From: Eubacteriales bacterium | Lineage (GTDB): Bacteria; Bacillota; Clostridia; Oscillospirales; CAG-272 | Length of the DNA: 64,000 bases | Direction of reading: 5' to 3' | Assembly: GCA_045660295.1 (NCBI GenBank) | Contig: JAZRDN010000043.1 | Span: 83,357-147,356, forward strand | Shown: positions 1 through 9,497 of the stretch, piece by piece | Layout of the letters: every line of letters starts with the position of its first letter | Position numbering within the stretch: position 1 is the stretch's first letter | The notes under the pieces: model-generated | The model's database searches: none | What the model was told of the DNA's origin: nothing | What the model saw: the letters and a program-made list of their open reading frames with translations, nothing else | Position numbers and translations under genes: made by a program

Positions 1-1511
1 CGGCGCTTGAGGAACAGCTTGAATGCGCTGTGATTGACTCAGGGGCGCTTAACAGAGCCTGCGGAATGATAATGGACGTGGAGACCGGCGCGGTGCTTGC
101 GCTGTCTGTTTATCCCGAATTTGACCTTAACGACCCATGGACTCTCGTTGATTATTATAACGAGAAGCTGGTGAGCAGCGGGCTTGTAGCCGGAAGCGAC
201 GGATATTCGGCACTGTCACGCAAATATCTGCTTGAAGCGTGGTCGAATAAAGCACTGACCGAAACCTATATCCCGGGCTCTACCTTCAAGATAATTACGT
301 CGTCAATGGCGCTTGAGGAAAGCCTGCCCATACTTAAGGGTAACGTCTTTTGCGGAGGTGTCAAAACCGTTCTTGGCAGAGGCATACACTGCCATCAGCG
401 CCGAGGACACGGAAGCCTGACCTTTGCCGAGGGCGTTCAGCATTCCTGTAACGTCTGGTTTATGTCAATAGGCGCGCAGCTTGGATGCGAAAAATTTATG
501 GATTATTTCAAGCTCTTCGGGTATCGAGAAAAGACGGGCATCGACCTTCCCGGTGAGGGTATGGGCGTTATAAGCCCCAAAATGTCCGAGCTTGACTTGG
601 CTATATATGCTTTTGGGCAAAACTTTACCGTCACCGCCATACAGCACATATCGGCTATTTCGGCGGTTGCCAACGGCGGCGAGCTTGTAACGCCGTATCT
701 TGTGCAAAGCATGAGCGACGGCGAGGGCAATATCGTTTACGAGCACGAAACAGAGACCAAACGCCGAGTAATGAGCGAAGCAAGCGCTAAGCATATCTCA
801 CAGATATTGGCGGACGGCGTTGCGGGTGTCGGCGGAGCTAAGAATGCTTACGTGGCGGGCTACCGAGTGGCGGCTAAAACAGGAACGTCGGAGAAAAAAG
901 GAGAGACCACCACGGGCGAGGAAATGTATATCTGCTCCTGCGTTGCCTTTGCGCCTGCCGATGACCCAAAGGTGGCAATAATAATCATGGTTGACGAGCC
1001 TACCAAGGGTGTTCTTTACGGAAGCACCGTGGCGGCGCCCTATATAGCCAAAACACTTGAAACGGTTCTGCCTTACCTTGGTGTAGAGCCGATATATACC
1101 GAAGAAGAAAAAAGTTTGCTCGATAAGCAAATTCCCGATTATGTGGGACTTCCTGTTGCGAGCGCGCGCGCATATGCTGAAAGCAGAGGGCTTGAAGTTG
1201 AAGTCGTCGGCGGCGGAGCGTACGTAAGTACACAGACACCAAAGTCGGGAAGCCTGTATTCCTGCGACGGACGAATAGTTTTTTATACGGGTGACTCTAC
1301 GGAAAACGTCAGCAAAATTCCCGACGTTATCGGAAAAAGCATTTCCGAGGCAAGCGAAATTATAACAAACGCGGGCTTTAATATAAATCTTAAGGGCGCA
1401 ACGCAGAGCATTGGCGGAGCGGTGGCCGTGTCGCAATCGGTTGCGGCGGGCACGCAAGCACCTATAGGAAGCGTTGTGACAGTAGAAATGAGAAGCAAGG
1501 ACGCCGATTGA
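1..1511 (+). CDS. class B penicillin-binding protein (FtsI/SpoVD/PBP2B-like transpeptidase with two C-terminal PASTA domains), 5'-truncated by the window edge
   Basis: The frame is open from nt 3. Transpeptidase motifs STFK (GSTFKIIT), SCN and KTGT are visible. Two PASTA-like repeats (IPDYVGLP..., IPDVIGKS...) sit at the C-terminus. It is the first gene of the dcw string. Confidence 0.9.
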   Translation, partial: ALEEQLECAVIDSGALNRACGMIMDVETGAVLALSVYPEFDLNDPWTLVDYYNEKLVSSGLVAGSDGYSALSRKYLLEAWSNKALTETYIPGSTFKIITSSMALEESLPILKGNVFCGGVKTVLGRGIHCHQRRGHGSLTFAEGVQHSCNVWFMSIGAQLGCEKFMDYFKLFGYREKTGIDLPGEGMGVISPKMSELDLAIYAFGQNFTVTAIQHISAISAVANGGELVTPYLVQSMSDGEGNIVYEHETETKRRVMSEASAKHISQILADGVAGVGGAKNAYVAGYRVAAKTGTSEKKGETTTGEEMYICSCVAFAPADDPKVAIIIMVDEPTKGVLYGSTVAAPYIAKTLETVLPYLGVEPIYTEEEKSLLDKQIPDYVGLPVASARAYAESRGLEVEVVGGGAYVSTQTPKSGSLYSCDGRIVFYTGDSTENVSKIPDVIGKSISEASEIITNAGFNINLKGATQSIGGAVAVSQSVAAGTQAPIGSVVTVEMRSKDAD

Positions 1512-1541
1512 TATGCCCTCAATACTTTTTGAGGTGGCGTT

Positions 1542-3026
1542 ATGAAATTACATGATCTTTGCGTGGCGGCGGGACTTTCCTGCGGCCTTGCGGGTGTTAC
1601 AGAAATAAATGAGATAAAAAGCAATTCGGAAAAAGTCGAAAAGGGTGACCTTTTCGTTTGCGTAAAAGGTCTTCATAAGGATGGACACGAATATGTCCGC
1701 GAGGCTGAGGAACGCGGAGCGGCGGCTGTCATAGCCGAGCGCCAGGTGGACGTAAAAATTCCCGTTATCTATACGGAAAACGCGCGAAGAATATTGCCGT
1801 TGCTTTACAACGCATGGTACGGATATCCCACAAGGAGGCTAAAGCTGGTGGCGGTCACGGGGACTAACGGAAAGACCTCGGTGACACATATGCTTAAAGC
1901 TATATTCGACGCGGCAATGTTTAAAACCGGACTCATAGGCACAGTAAAATGTTACTCGGGCGAGCGGAGGCTTGAAAGCCTTGGCGGAAATCCGCTTGCC
2001 AATATGACTACCCCCGACCCCGAGGAGCTTTTCAGACTTCTTTCGGTCATGGCAGATGACGGTGTTGAATATGTTTTTATGGAGGCAAGCTCCCACGCGC
2101 TGGCGCTTGATAAGCTGGATGGGCTTGAATTTGAGGCGGCAGTATTTACCAATCTTACTCCGGAGCATATGGACTTCCATAAGAATATGGAGGATTATTT
2201 CAAAGCCAAATCGAGGCTTTTTGAAAAGGCTAAAAATAAAATAATAAATACCGACGACCCTTACGGCAAAAGACTTTTTCGCTCCTGCGGCAAGGATGCG
2301 TGGGGATGCAGTATTACACGGAAATGCTGCGACTTTTTCGCAAGCGATATAAACGATATGGGTGTGGGCGGCAACGAATACAGATTCGTCTCGCCTACCA
2401 AACAGTTTTTGATAAGAACCCCGCTTATAGGCAGATTTAACGTGATGAATACGCTTGAGGCGGCGGCGTGCGCTACCGCATTGGGTGTTTCTCCGCCTGA
2501 TATTATGTGCGCTTTGTCGGCTATGAGCGGTGTTGAGGGCAGACTTGAAAGAGTGAGACTGGGCGCGATTACCGATTATTCGGTGTTTATAGATTACGCG
2601 CATACACCCGATGCGCTTTATAATCTGCTTGAAACGCTGTGCGGAATAAGAAAATGTGATGAGCGTATTGTTCTGCTTTTCGGTTGTGGCGGCGACAGAG
2701 ATAAAAGTAAACGCCGAAAAATGGGTGAGATAGCAGCGCGGTACGCCGATCTAACGATAGTGACCTCGGATAACAGCCGAAGCGAAAAGTCTGCGGATAT
2801 TATCGCCGAGATCGTGGCGGGGCTCGGAAACGCCGAGCATATTGTTATAGAAAACCGTGCCGAGGCAATTGAATTTGCTATAAGAGAAGCCAAGCGCGGA
2901 GATATAATAATATTCGCGGGCAAGGGACACGAGGAATACGAGATAGACAAGGACGGCAAGCGTCCGTTCAGTGAAAAAAAGATAGCCGCGGAGGCGGCGC
3001 GTAAATATTATTCGGAAAAAAGCTAA
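1542..3026 (+). CDS. murE: UDP-N-acetylmuramoyl-L-alanyl-D-glutamate--2,6-diaminopimelate ligase
   Basis: Mur ligase P-loop VTGTNGKTS. C-terminal SDNSRSE is a variant of the DNPR meso-DAP motif with the Arg retained. RBS GAGGTGG upstream. Sits between PBP and murF. Confidence 0.93.
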   Translation: MKLHDLCVAAGLSCGLAGVTEINEIKSNSEKVEKGDLFVCVKGLHKDGHEYVREAEERGAAAVIAERQVDVKIPVIYTENARRILPLLYNAWYGYPTRRLKLVAVTGTNGKTSVTHMLKAIFDAAMFKTGLIGTVKCYSGERRLESLGGNPLANMTTPDPEELFRLLSVMADDGVEYVFMEASSHALALDKLDGLEFEAAVFTNLTPEHMDFHKNMEDYFKAKSRLFEKAKNKIINTDDPYGKRLFRSCGKDAWGCSITRKCCDFFASDINDMGVGGNEYRFVSPTKQFLIRTPLIGRFNVMNTLEAAACATALGVSPPDIMCALSAMSGVEGRLERVRLGAITDYSVFIDYAHTPDALYNLLETLCGIRKCDERIVLLFGCGGDRDKSKRRKMGEIAARYADLTIVTSDNSRSEKSADIIAEIVAGLGNAEHIVIENRAEAIEFAIREAKRGDIIIFAGKGHEEYEIDKDGKRPFSEKKIAAEAARKYYSEKS

Positions 3027-3052
3027 AATAATACAAAGGAAGGGTTGCGGAT

Positions 3053-4477
3053 ATGAAAATAAGGCTTGGTTTGAAAAATGCTACCGCTCAGTATTTCTGC
3101 TCGCTTTGCGGCGGAAAAGCGGTTGGAAAAGCTGACGGCGTTGTAGAGTTTGTTTGCACCGACTCAAGAGAAGCCGACGAAAAAACGCTCTTTGTTGTAA
3201 GCGTGGGCGAGCGTGTGGACGGACACGACTACATGCTTTCCGCCGCCAAAAACGGTTGCAAATATTTTCTTTGCCAACGAGTGCCCGAGGCGCTTTTGGA
3301 CAGCGGGCTTGAATTTTCGGCTATTGTTGTCGATGACAGTATAGAGGCACTGGCTAAAATTTCAGAGGGCTATCTTGCGACTCTTGATATGAAAAATATT
3401 GCTGTTACAGGCAGCGTCGGCAAGACTACTACCAAAGAGTTTATATATGCGGTAGTGAAAAACGCATTCAGCGTTCACAAGACCAAGGCAAACCATAACA
3501 GTACCGTAGGTATGCCAATGAGCATGCTCGAAGCCGATGCTTCCTTTAACGCGTCGGTTATTGAAATGGGTATGAGCGGATTTGGCGAGATAGAGCTTAT
3601 GTCAAACGTGGCAAAGCCGAGTATAGCCTGCGTTACCAATATAGGTACGTCACATCTGGAGATACTCGGTACACGTGAGAATATCTGCAAGGCAAAGCTT
3701 GAGATCATCAGCGGTATGCCCGATGGCGGCGCGCTGGTTATAAACGGCGACGAGCCGCTTCTGCTGAATGCTGACGTGGGTAGTGTCAAAAAGATTCTCG
3801 TCGGCGTTGAAAACCAAGACTGTGATATAAGAGCCGTTAATCTCAGATACTGCGACGAAGGAAGCGTATTCGATATAATCTGCGGCGATGAAACCTATCC
3901 ACACGTTGAAATAGGCGTTATCGGCAAGCAGTTCATCTACGCCGCCTTGTTCGCTTTTGCGGTGGGGCGTGAGCTTGGAATGGATGCCGAGAATATTATT
4001 TCGGGACTCAAAAATTTTGAAAATACGGCTATGAGGCAGAATATATACGAGGTCGGCGGAATAACAATAATTGAGGACTGTTATAATGCCAGCCCCGAAT
4101 CTATGCGCGCCGCCATGGACGTTCTGAAAACTCTTTCAAAAAGCAAAAAGGGCTCGCGCATGACCGCGCTTCTCGGTGACATGAGAGAGCTTGGTGACAA
4201 CAGTAAGGAGTTTCACAGGGGCGTGGGGCGCTATTACGCAGAGGTGGGCGGAAAGGTGCTTATGACCATGGGAACGCTGGCACGAGATATCGCCTTCGGA
4301 GCGCTTGAGGGCGGACTTTCCGAAAAGAACGTCTATATCACCGCGGACTATAACAACTGCGAGCTTATAGGCGACAGTCTGCTCGGTATTCTCAAGGACG
4401 GAGATATCTTGCTTGTAAAGGCAAGCCGTGCCATAGGCGCGGAGCGTATCGTGAGATATATTAAAGATCACCTCTAA
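3053..4477 (+). CDS. murF: UDP-N-acetylmuramoyl-tripeptide--D-alanyl-D-alanine ligase
   Basis: Mur ligase fold with P-loop GSVGKTTTKE. Position murE-murF-mraY. Confidence 0.93.
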   Translation: MKIRLGLKNATAQYFCSLCGGKAVGKADGVVEFVCTDSREADEKTLFVVSVGERVDGHDYMLSAAKNGCKYFLCQRVPEALLDSGLEFSAIVVDDSIEALAKISEGYLATLDMKNIAVTGSVGKTTTKEFIYAVVKNAFSVHKTKANHNSTVGMPMSMLEADASFNASVIEMGMSGFGEIELMSNVAKPSIACVTNIGTSHLEILGTRENICKAKLEIISGMPDGGALVINGDEPLLLNADVGSVKKILVGVENQDCDIRAVNLRYCDEGSVFDIICGDETYPHVEIGVIGKQFIYAALFAFAVGRELGMDAENIISGLKNFENTAMRQNIYEVGGITIIEDCYNASPESMRAAMDVLKTLSKSKKGSRMTALLGDMRELGDNSKEFHRGVGRYYAEVGGKVLMTMGTLARDIAFGALEGGLSEKNVYITADYNNCELIGDSLLGILKDGDILLVKASRAIGAERIVRYIKDHL

Positions 4478-4623
4478 AAACTCAATGACGGACGAATCGG
4501 CGGTGCTTTTTTCGTCGTTCGTCACAAAAATTCGCTTGCCGTTCGCCTCGCGTGAGCTTTTAGAGGCGACCTAAAGAAAAACTTTGTAAAGGAAATTGAC
4601 ATAAAGGTCATAAAGGGATAGAA

Positions 4624-5595
4624 ATGATAACAGAATTTATAATCGCGCTTGTTGCTTCCTTCGTGCTTACCGCAGTGCTTTCACGCTTTATAATTCCCAT
4701 TCTCAAAAGCCGAAAAATGGGGCAGTATATAAAAGACATAGGACCAAGATGGCATAAATCCAAGGAGGGAACTCCCACTATGGGAGGAATAAGCTTTATT
4801 CTGGCAATGACAGCAGTGGCGGCGGTGGCGCTTCTGATAGACCCCGACGGCGCGCTTCCCGTGGCGGCTATAATGCTTCTCGGTGTTCTCAACGCCCTTA
4901 TAGGCTTTATAGATGATTATCAAAAGCTGGTCAAAAAGAATAATGACGGACTTGGCGAGCTTCAAAAAAGCTTTCTGCAGCTTGCCGCAGGCGGCGTGTA
5001 TCTTTTCGTTATGAGAGTGTCGGGACTTATTGACACAAGGCTCGAGATACCTTTTACCGATATAGAGCTTGAACTTGGAATAGTTTATTACGTGCTTGCG
5101 CTTGCTCTCATCTGGGGAATGGTCAACAGCACCAATATTACCGACGGTATAGACGGTTTGGCAAGTACCGTGACATTTGTTGTCGGTTGCTTTTTCGCCG
5201 TTTGCGCCTTTTATCTCGGCAACCGCCCCGCGGAGCTTGTCAGCGCGCTTCTTATCGGCGGAATGCTTGGCTTCCTCGTTTATAATTTCCACCCCGCAAG
5301 AGTGTTTATGGGGGATACAGGCTCGCTTTATATCGGCGGTATTATTACAGGCATCGCCTTCGCCATAAACGAGCCGTTTGTAGTGGTTATATGCGGACTT
5401 GTCTACATTCTTGAGTTTGCTTCTTCCGCACTTCAAAGATACGTTTTTATTCTGTCGGGCAGAAAAAAGAGACTCTTTAAAATGGCTCCCATTCACCACC
5501 ATTTCGAACAGTGCGGCTGGAGCGAAAATAAGATCGTTGCGGTCTTTTCGACTGTAACGGCACTGTGTTGCGTGGCGGCTTGGTTCGCTATCTGA
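4624..5595 (+). CDS. mraY: phospho-N-acetylmuramoyl-pentapeptide transferase
   Basis: Polytopic membrane protein with NITDGIDGLAS and PIHHHFE motifs. dcw context. Confidence 0.95.
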   Translation: MITEFIIALVASFVLTAVLSRFIIPILKSRKMGQYIKDIGPRWHKSKEGTPTMGGISFILAMTAVAAVALLIDPDGALPVAAIMLLGVLNALIGFIDDYQKLVKKNNDGLGELQKSFLQLAAGGVYLFVMRVSGLIDTRLEIPFTDIELELGIVYYVLALALIWGMVNSTNITDGIDGLASTVTFVVGCFFAVCAFYLGNRPAELVSALLIGGMLGFLVYNFHPARVFMGDTGSLYIGGIITGIAFAINEPFVVVICGLVYILEFASSALQRYVFILSGRKKRLFKMAPIHHHFEQCGWSENKIVAVFSTVTALCCVAAWFAI

Positions 5596-5613
5596 TCGTG
5601 GGAGGTATAGTAA

Positions 5614-6858
5614 TTGCTTTTTCATCGGGTACAGGAAACAGAAAAAGTATCTGATGTCAAAAGAAAAGGAACATTAAATCAATTTGTCAAAAAAAACAGT
5701 ATTTTCCATGATGATAAAAATATAAAATCGCCCGACGACCCTCGCGGCAAGATAGACGTTAAGTTTGCGATTTATTGCTTAATATTGATATTGTTCGGAA
5801 TGTTGATGAATTACAGCGCAAGCTGTGTCTATGCCGAGCAAATGTATAATGACCGCACTTATTTCCTTGTGAGATATATTGCCTTCGCACTCTTGAGCAT
5901 AGCCGTGTCGGCGGTGTTCGTGAAAAAGGCAACACTGTCCTTTTGGTATCATTTTGCCAAGATAGCGTATATAGCCACGCTCGGAATGCTGGCCCTTGTT
6001 TTGGTTATCGGAACCGTGGGCGGCGGTGCTCAACGCTGGATAAGGATAGGCCCTCTTACAGTTCAACCGTCGGAAATAGCCAAAATGGCGGTGGTGCTTA
6101 TGCTGGCGCGTTATCTTTCCGACCATAGCGCCGAGGTCTGCTCGCTTGAGAAAAACGGCGGTAGCTTCAAATGCGGAGTGCTTTTGCCCGGCGGTATCAT
6201 AGGGCTTGTTTGCGCGCTGGTCGCCCTTGAAAAGCATATATCGGGCTTGATGATAATTGCTATGCTGGGCGCGTGCGTCATGACGGTCGGCGGCACGAGA
6301 ATGAAATACATTTTTATGCTCGGCGGTGTGGTGGCACTCGCGGGAACGGGGCTGATACTGGTCTCCGATTACGCTCAGACACGAGTTAATACGTGGCTGA
6401 ATATCGACACGGTTGACCCACTTGGCGAGGCATGGCAAACGCTTCAGGGGCTTTACGCCATAGGCTCGGGCGGATTTTTCGGTCGTGGGCTTTTTAACAG
6501 TTTGCAAAAATTCGGCTACGTGTCACAGCCACAAAACGATTTCGTTTTTACGGTCATATGTGAGGAGCTGGGCTTTCTCGGCGCGTTGGCGGTTATCTTG
6601 CTTTTTGGCTTGCTGGTTTTCAGAGGAATGAAAATAGCCATGCACGTTCCCGATAAATTTGGCGCGCTGGTGGTTATGGGTCTGGTGGTAAAGGTAGGAC
6701 TTCAAGCGGCGCTTAATGTAGCCGTGGTTACCAACTCAATGCCGAATACGGGAATATCGCTTCCTTTTTTCAGCTCGGGGGGCACGTCGCTTGCGTTGCA
6801 GATATTCGAGATGGGAATATTGCTTAATATATCACGCTACAGCAGAATAAAGAAGTAA
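5614..6858 (+). CDS. ftsW: SEDS-family peptidoglycan glycosyltransferase FtsW/SpoVE
   Basis: Multi-TM protein with a PSEIAK motif and a GGTS...L tail. TTG start lies 8 nt after GGAGG (5601-5605). dcw context. Confidence 0.9.
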   Translation: MLFHRVQETEKVSDVKRKGTLNQFVKKNSIFHDDKNIKSPDDPRGKIDVKFAIYCLILILFGMLMNYSASCVYAEQMYNDRTYFLVRYIAFALLSIAVSAVFVKKATLSFWYHFAKIAYIATLGMLALVLVIGTVGGGAQRWIRIGPLTVQPSEIAKMAVVLMLARYLSDHSAEVCSLEKNGGSFKCGVLLPGGIIGLVCALVALEKHISGLMIIAMLGACVMTVGGTRMKYIFMLGGVVALAGTGLILVSDYAQTRVNTWLNIDTVDPLGEAWQTLQGLYAIGSGGFFGRGLFNSLQKFGYVSQPQNDFVFTVICEELGFLGALAVILLFGLLVFRGMKIAMHVPDKFGALVVMGLVVKVGLQAALNVAVVTNSMPNTGISLPFFSSGGTSLALQIFEMGILLNISRYSRIKK

Positions 6859-6873
6859 AGAAAGGACATCAAA

Positions 6874-7998
6874 ATGAGAGTTATAATGACCTGCGGCGGC
6901 ACAGGCGGACACATAAATCCTGCTATTGCCATCGCCAATACCATAAAAGAAAATATCCCCGACGCCGAGATACTTTTCGTCGGTACTAAAAAAGGGCAAG
7001 AGAGCAGACTTGTTCCACACGAGGGCTACGAGATAAAATTTGTTAAGTCCGAGGGAATACGGCGCTCGCTTTCGCCTGCCAATATAAAGGCTATTATCAT
7101 GTCGCAGATATCGCCCTTTTTGGCGAAGAAAATTATTAAGGACTTCAAGCCCGACGTGGTGATAGGTACGGGCGGATACGCCTGTTGGCCGATTCTTCGT
7201 GCGGCGGCTATGATGAAGGTTCCTTGTGCTGTACACGAGTCGAACGCTATTCCCGGAATGGCGGTTAAGATGCTGCAAAAAAGTGTTGATAAAATTTTCG
7301 TCAACTTTGAGAGGACCGCAGACTTTCTTACAAGAAAAGACAAGGTTGAGCAGGTTGGAAATCCCTTGAGAACCGCATTTGAAAACATGGATAAAAATGC
7401 TGCAAGAGCGCAGATGGGAATAGGTGAAAACGAGCGCTTTGTTCTCTCCTACGGCGGAAGCGGCGGCGCGGAATATCTCAACCGGGTGGTTGTCGAACTT
7501 ATGAGTAAATATCTTGGCGAAAACAAGAACGTAAGACTTCTCCACGCCACGGGCGCGAGAAATTACGCCGAAAGCCTTGAGCGATATAAGGCTCTTGGGG
7601 CGGATAAGCTTGCGAACGCCGAGCTTGCCGAGTATATCTACGATATGCACACAAAAATGGCGGCGGCAGACGTGGTAATCTGCCGTGCGGGCGCTATGAC
7701 GGTCTCGGAGCTTTCCATGATGGGAAAGACGGCTATTATTATTCCGTCTCCCAACGTAGTCGACAATCACCAGTATAAAAACGCCAAGGTGCTTGCTGAC
7801 GCCGATGCGGCGATCCTCATGGAGGAAAAGAACGTCACCGCCGACTCGCTCTGGGAAGAGCTTGACTCGTTGCTTGGTAACGGCGAAAAGAGAAGCGCGC
7901 TTGAAAAGAACATAAAGCAGTTCGCCAGACTCGATGCAAATAAGCTTATCTTCAATGAGATAATGGCGCTTATAGAGAGCAAAAAAAGCGGAAAATAA
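6874..7998 (+). CDS. murG: UDP-N-acetylglucosamine--N-acetylmuramyl-(pentapeptide) pyrophosphoryl-undecaprenol GlcNAc transferase
   Basis: N-terminal GGTGGHINPA motif, GT28 architecture, follows ftsW. Confidence 0.94.
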   Translation: MRVIMTCGGTGGHINPAIAIANTIKENIPDAEILFVGTKKGQESRLVPHEGYEIKFVKSEGIRRSLSPANIKAIIMSQISPFLAKKIIKDFKPDVVIGTGGYACWPILRAAAMMKVPCAVHESNAIPGMAVKMLQKSVDKIFVNFERTADFLTRKDKVEQVGNPLRTAFENMDKNAARAQMGIGENERFVLSYGGSGGAEYLNRVVVELMSKYLGENKNVRLLHATGARNYAESLERYKALGADKLANAELAEYIYDMHTKMAAADVVICRAGAMTVSELSMMGKTAIIIPSPNVVDNHQYKNAKVLADADAAILMEEKNVTADSLWEELDSLLGNGEKRSALEKNIKQFARLDANKLIFNEIMALIESKKSGK

Positions 7999-8010
7999 CC
8001 CCAAAAAGAA

Positions 8011-8048
8011 CGCAGGATTCCGAAAAACAGCGGAATTTTGCGTTTTTT
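8011..8048 (+). terminator. rho-independent terminator after murG
   Basis: 12-bp stem CGCAGGATTCCG/CGGAATTTTGCG (two G-U pairs), 8-nt loop, followed by TTTTTT (8043-8048). Confidence 0.75.
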
Positions 8049-8188
8049 AAAAAAAAGATGTGAATTTCCTATAAAAATTTTCAAAAAACTATTGCAAAAA
8101 TCCGAAAAATATATTATTATATTATATATAGTGGTATACATGTAGCAAATATAGCAAATGTTGAAATAAATGATTGGAGGAAGTTTAC

Positions 8189-9403
8189 ATGATTGCTGAA
8201 TTCGACAACAGCTTCACAAGCGGAGTTAATATTAAGGTTATCGGTGTCGGCGGAGGCGGAAACAACGCCGTTGAGAGAATGATAGCATCCAAGGTGCAGG
8301 GCGTGGAGTTTATCGCGGTAAATACCGACGTTCAGGTTCTTAACCAGTCCTCTGCGGCTCACCAGATCGCAATCGGAGAAAAGATTACAAAGGGCTTCGG
8401 AGCAGGCGCTAATCCCGAGATCGGACAGCGTGCGGCTGAAGAATCAATAGAAGAAATCAAGGAAATGCTCGTGGGCGCTGATATGGCGTTCATTACCGCG
8501 GGTATGGGCGGTGGAACAGGTACAGGTGCCGCTCCCGTTGTTGCGCGCGTTTCCAAGGATATGGGTATACTTACGGTCGCTATCGTTACAAAGCCCTTCG
8601 GCTTTGAGGGTAAGAGAAGAATGGTACAGGCCGATAAGGGTATTGAGGAGCTCAGAAAGTACGTTGACGCTATCGTGGTTATTCCCAACGAGAGACTTAA
8701 GCAGGTATCTGACACCCGCATAACTCTTGCCAACGCTTTCGAGATCGCCGATGACGTTCTTCGTCGCGGTGTTCAGAGTATCTCCGAACTTATCAACGGT
8801 ACCGCATACATAAACCTTGACTTTGCCGATGTTACCGCGGTTATGAAGGACGCGGGCTACGCTCACATGGGTGTCGGCTCCGCTAAGGGTAAGGATAAGG
8901 CTGAGAACGCGGCTCGTATGGCTATCTCCAGCCCGCTTCTTGAGACATCTATCAAGGGCGCTACGGGTATTCTTATCAACATCACCGCTTCGCCTGATAT
9001 CCAGCTTGAGGATATCGACCTTGCGTCCACAATGGTAGCTGACGAAGCAAGCCCCGACGCAAACGTTATCTGGGGTGTTGCGTTTGATCCTAACCTTGAC
9101 GATGAGATGAAGATCACTATTATCGCGACAGGCTTCTCCAGAAAGCCCGATGATCCTTATTACAAGAATCAGGCGGCTTATGAGCCTATTACTCCCGTTC
9201 AGCAGCCTGTGGTTGAGCATGTTGAGACAGCTCCTGTTACAGCTCCCGTTGTTGAGGTTGAGGAGATAAGTGAGCCCGAACCGCTTGCGGTTGAGGAGAT
9301 TCCCGAGCCTGTTGAAGAACCCAAGCCCGCTCAGACTGTTAAAAAGACGGTTGACGCCGGAAATATCGACTTCAATAATCTTTGGGGCGCTTTTAAGAAA
9401 TAA
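8189..9403 (+). CDS. ftsZ: cell division protein FtsZ
   Basis: GVGGGGNNA and tubulin signature GGGTGTGAAP. ATG at 8189 lies 8 nt after GGAGG (8176-8180). The track start at 8174 (TTG) overlaps the RBS and is rejected. Confidence 0.96.
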   Translation: MIAEFDNSFTSGVNIKVIGVGGGGNNAVERMIASKVQGVEFIAVNTDVQVLNQSSAAHQIAIGEKITKGFGAGANPEIGQRAAEESIEEIKEMLVGADMAFITAGMGGGTGTGAAPVVARVSKDMGILTVAIVTKPFGFEGKRRMVQADKGIEELRKYVDAIVVIPNERLKQVSDTRITLANAFEIADDVLRRGVQSISELINGTAYINLDFADVTAVMKDAGYAHMGVGSAKGKDKAENAARMAISSPLLETSIKGATGILINITASPDIQLEDIDLASTMVADEASPDANVIWGVAFDPNLDDEMKITIIATGFSRKPDDPYYKNQAAYEPITPVQQPVVEHVETAPVTAPVVEVEEISEPEPLAVEEIPEPVEEPKPAQTVKKTVDAGNIDFNNLWGAFKK

Positions 9404-9413
9404 TTAAACGAAC

Positions 9414-9452
9414 TTCGGGCAAAGACCACCTCGTCTCTTGCCCGAATTCTTT
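9414..9452 (+). terminator. probable terminator after ftsZ
   Basis: 9-bp stem TTCGGGCAA/TTGCCCGAA with a 15-nt loop, followed by TTCTTT. Confidence 0.5.
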
Positions 9453-9497
9453 GGGTGTTGAATAAATAATCCTCGGAAAGTTAGCAGGGAAATAAAA

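Noticed and set aside
4549-4557. The 9-mer CGCGTGAGC is shared between the murF-mraY spacer (4549-4557) and the aspartate kinase/ABC spacer (59242-59250). There is also loose similarity of GAACGACGAA-containing strings at about 4510-4525 and about 61430-61450. I considered a dispersed intergenic repeat.
   Set aside because: The matches do not extend beyond 9-10 nt and the flanks do not align. That is within chance expectation for a 64-kb window.
8143-8159. A tandem 8-mer TAGCAAAT-A-TAGCAAAT just upstream of the ftsZ RBS.
   Set aside because: It is short and AT-rich within an AT-rich promoter region. It matches no regulator consensus I recognise and is easily produced by chance or slippage.
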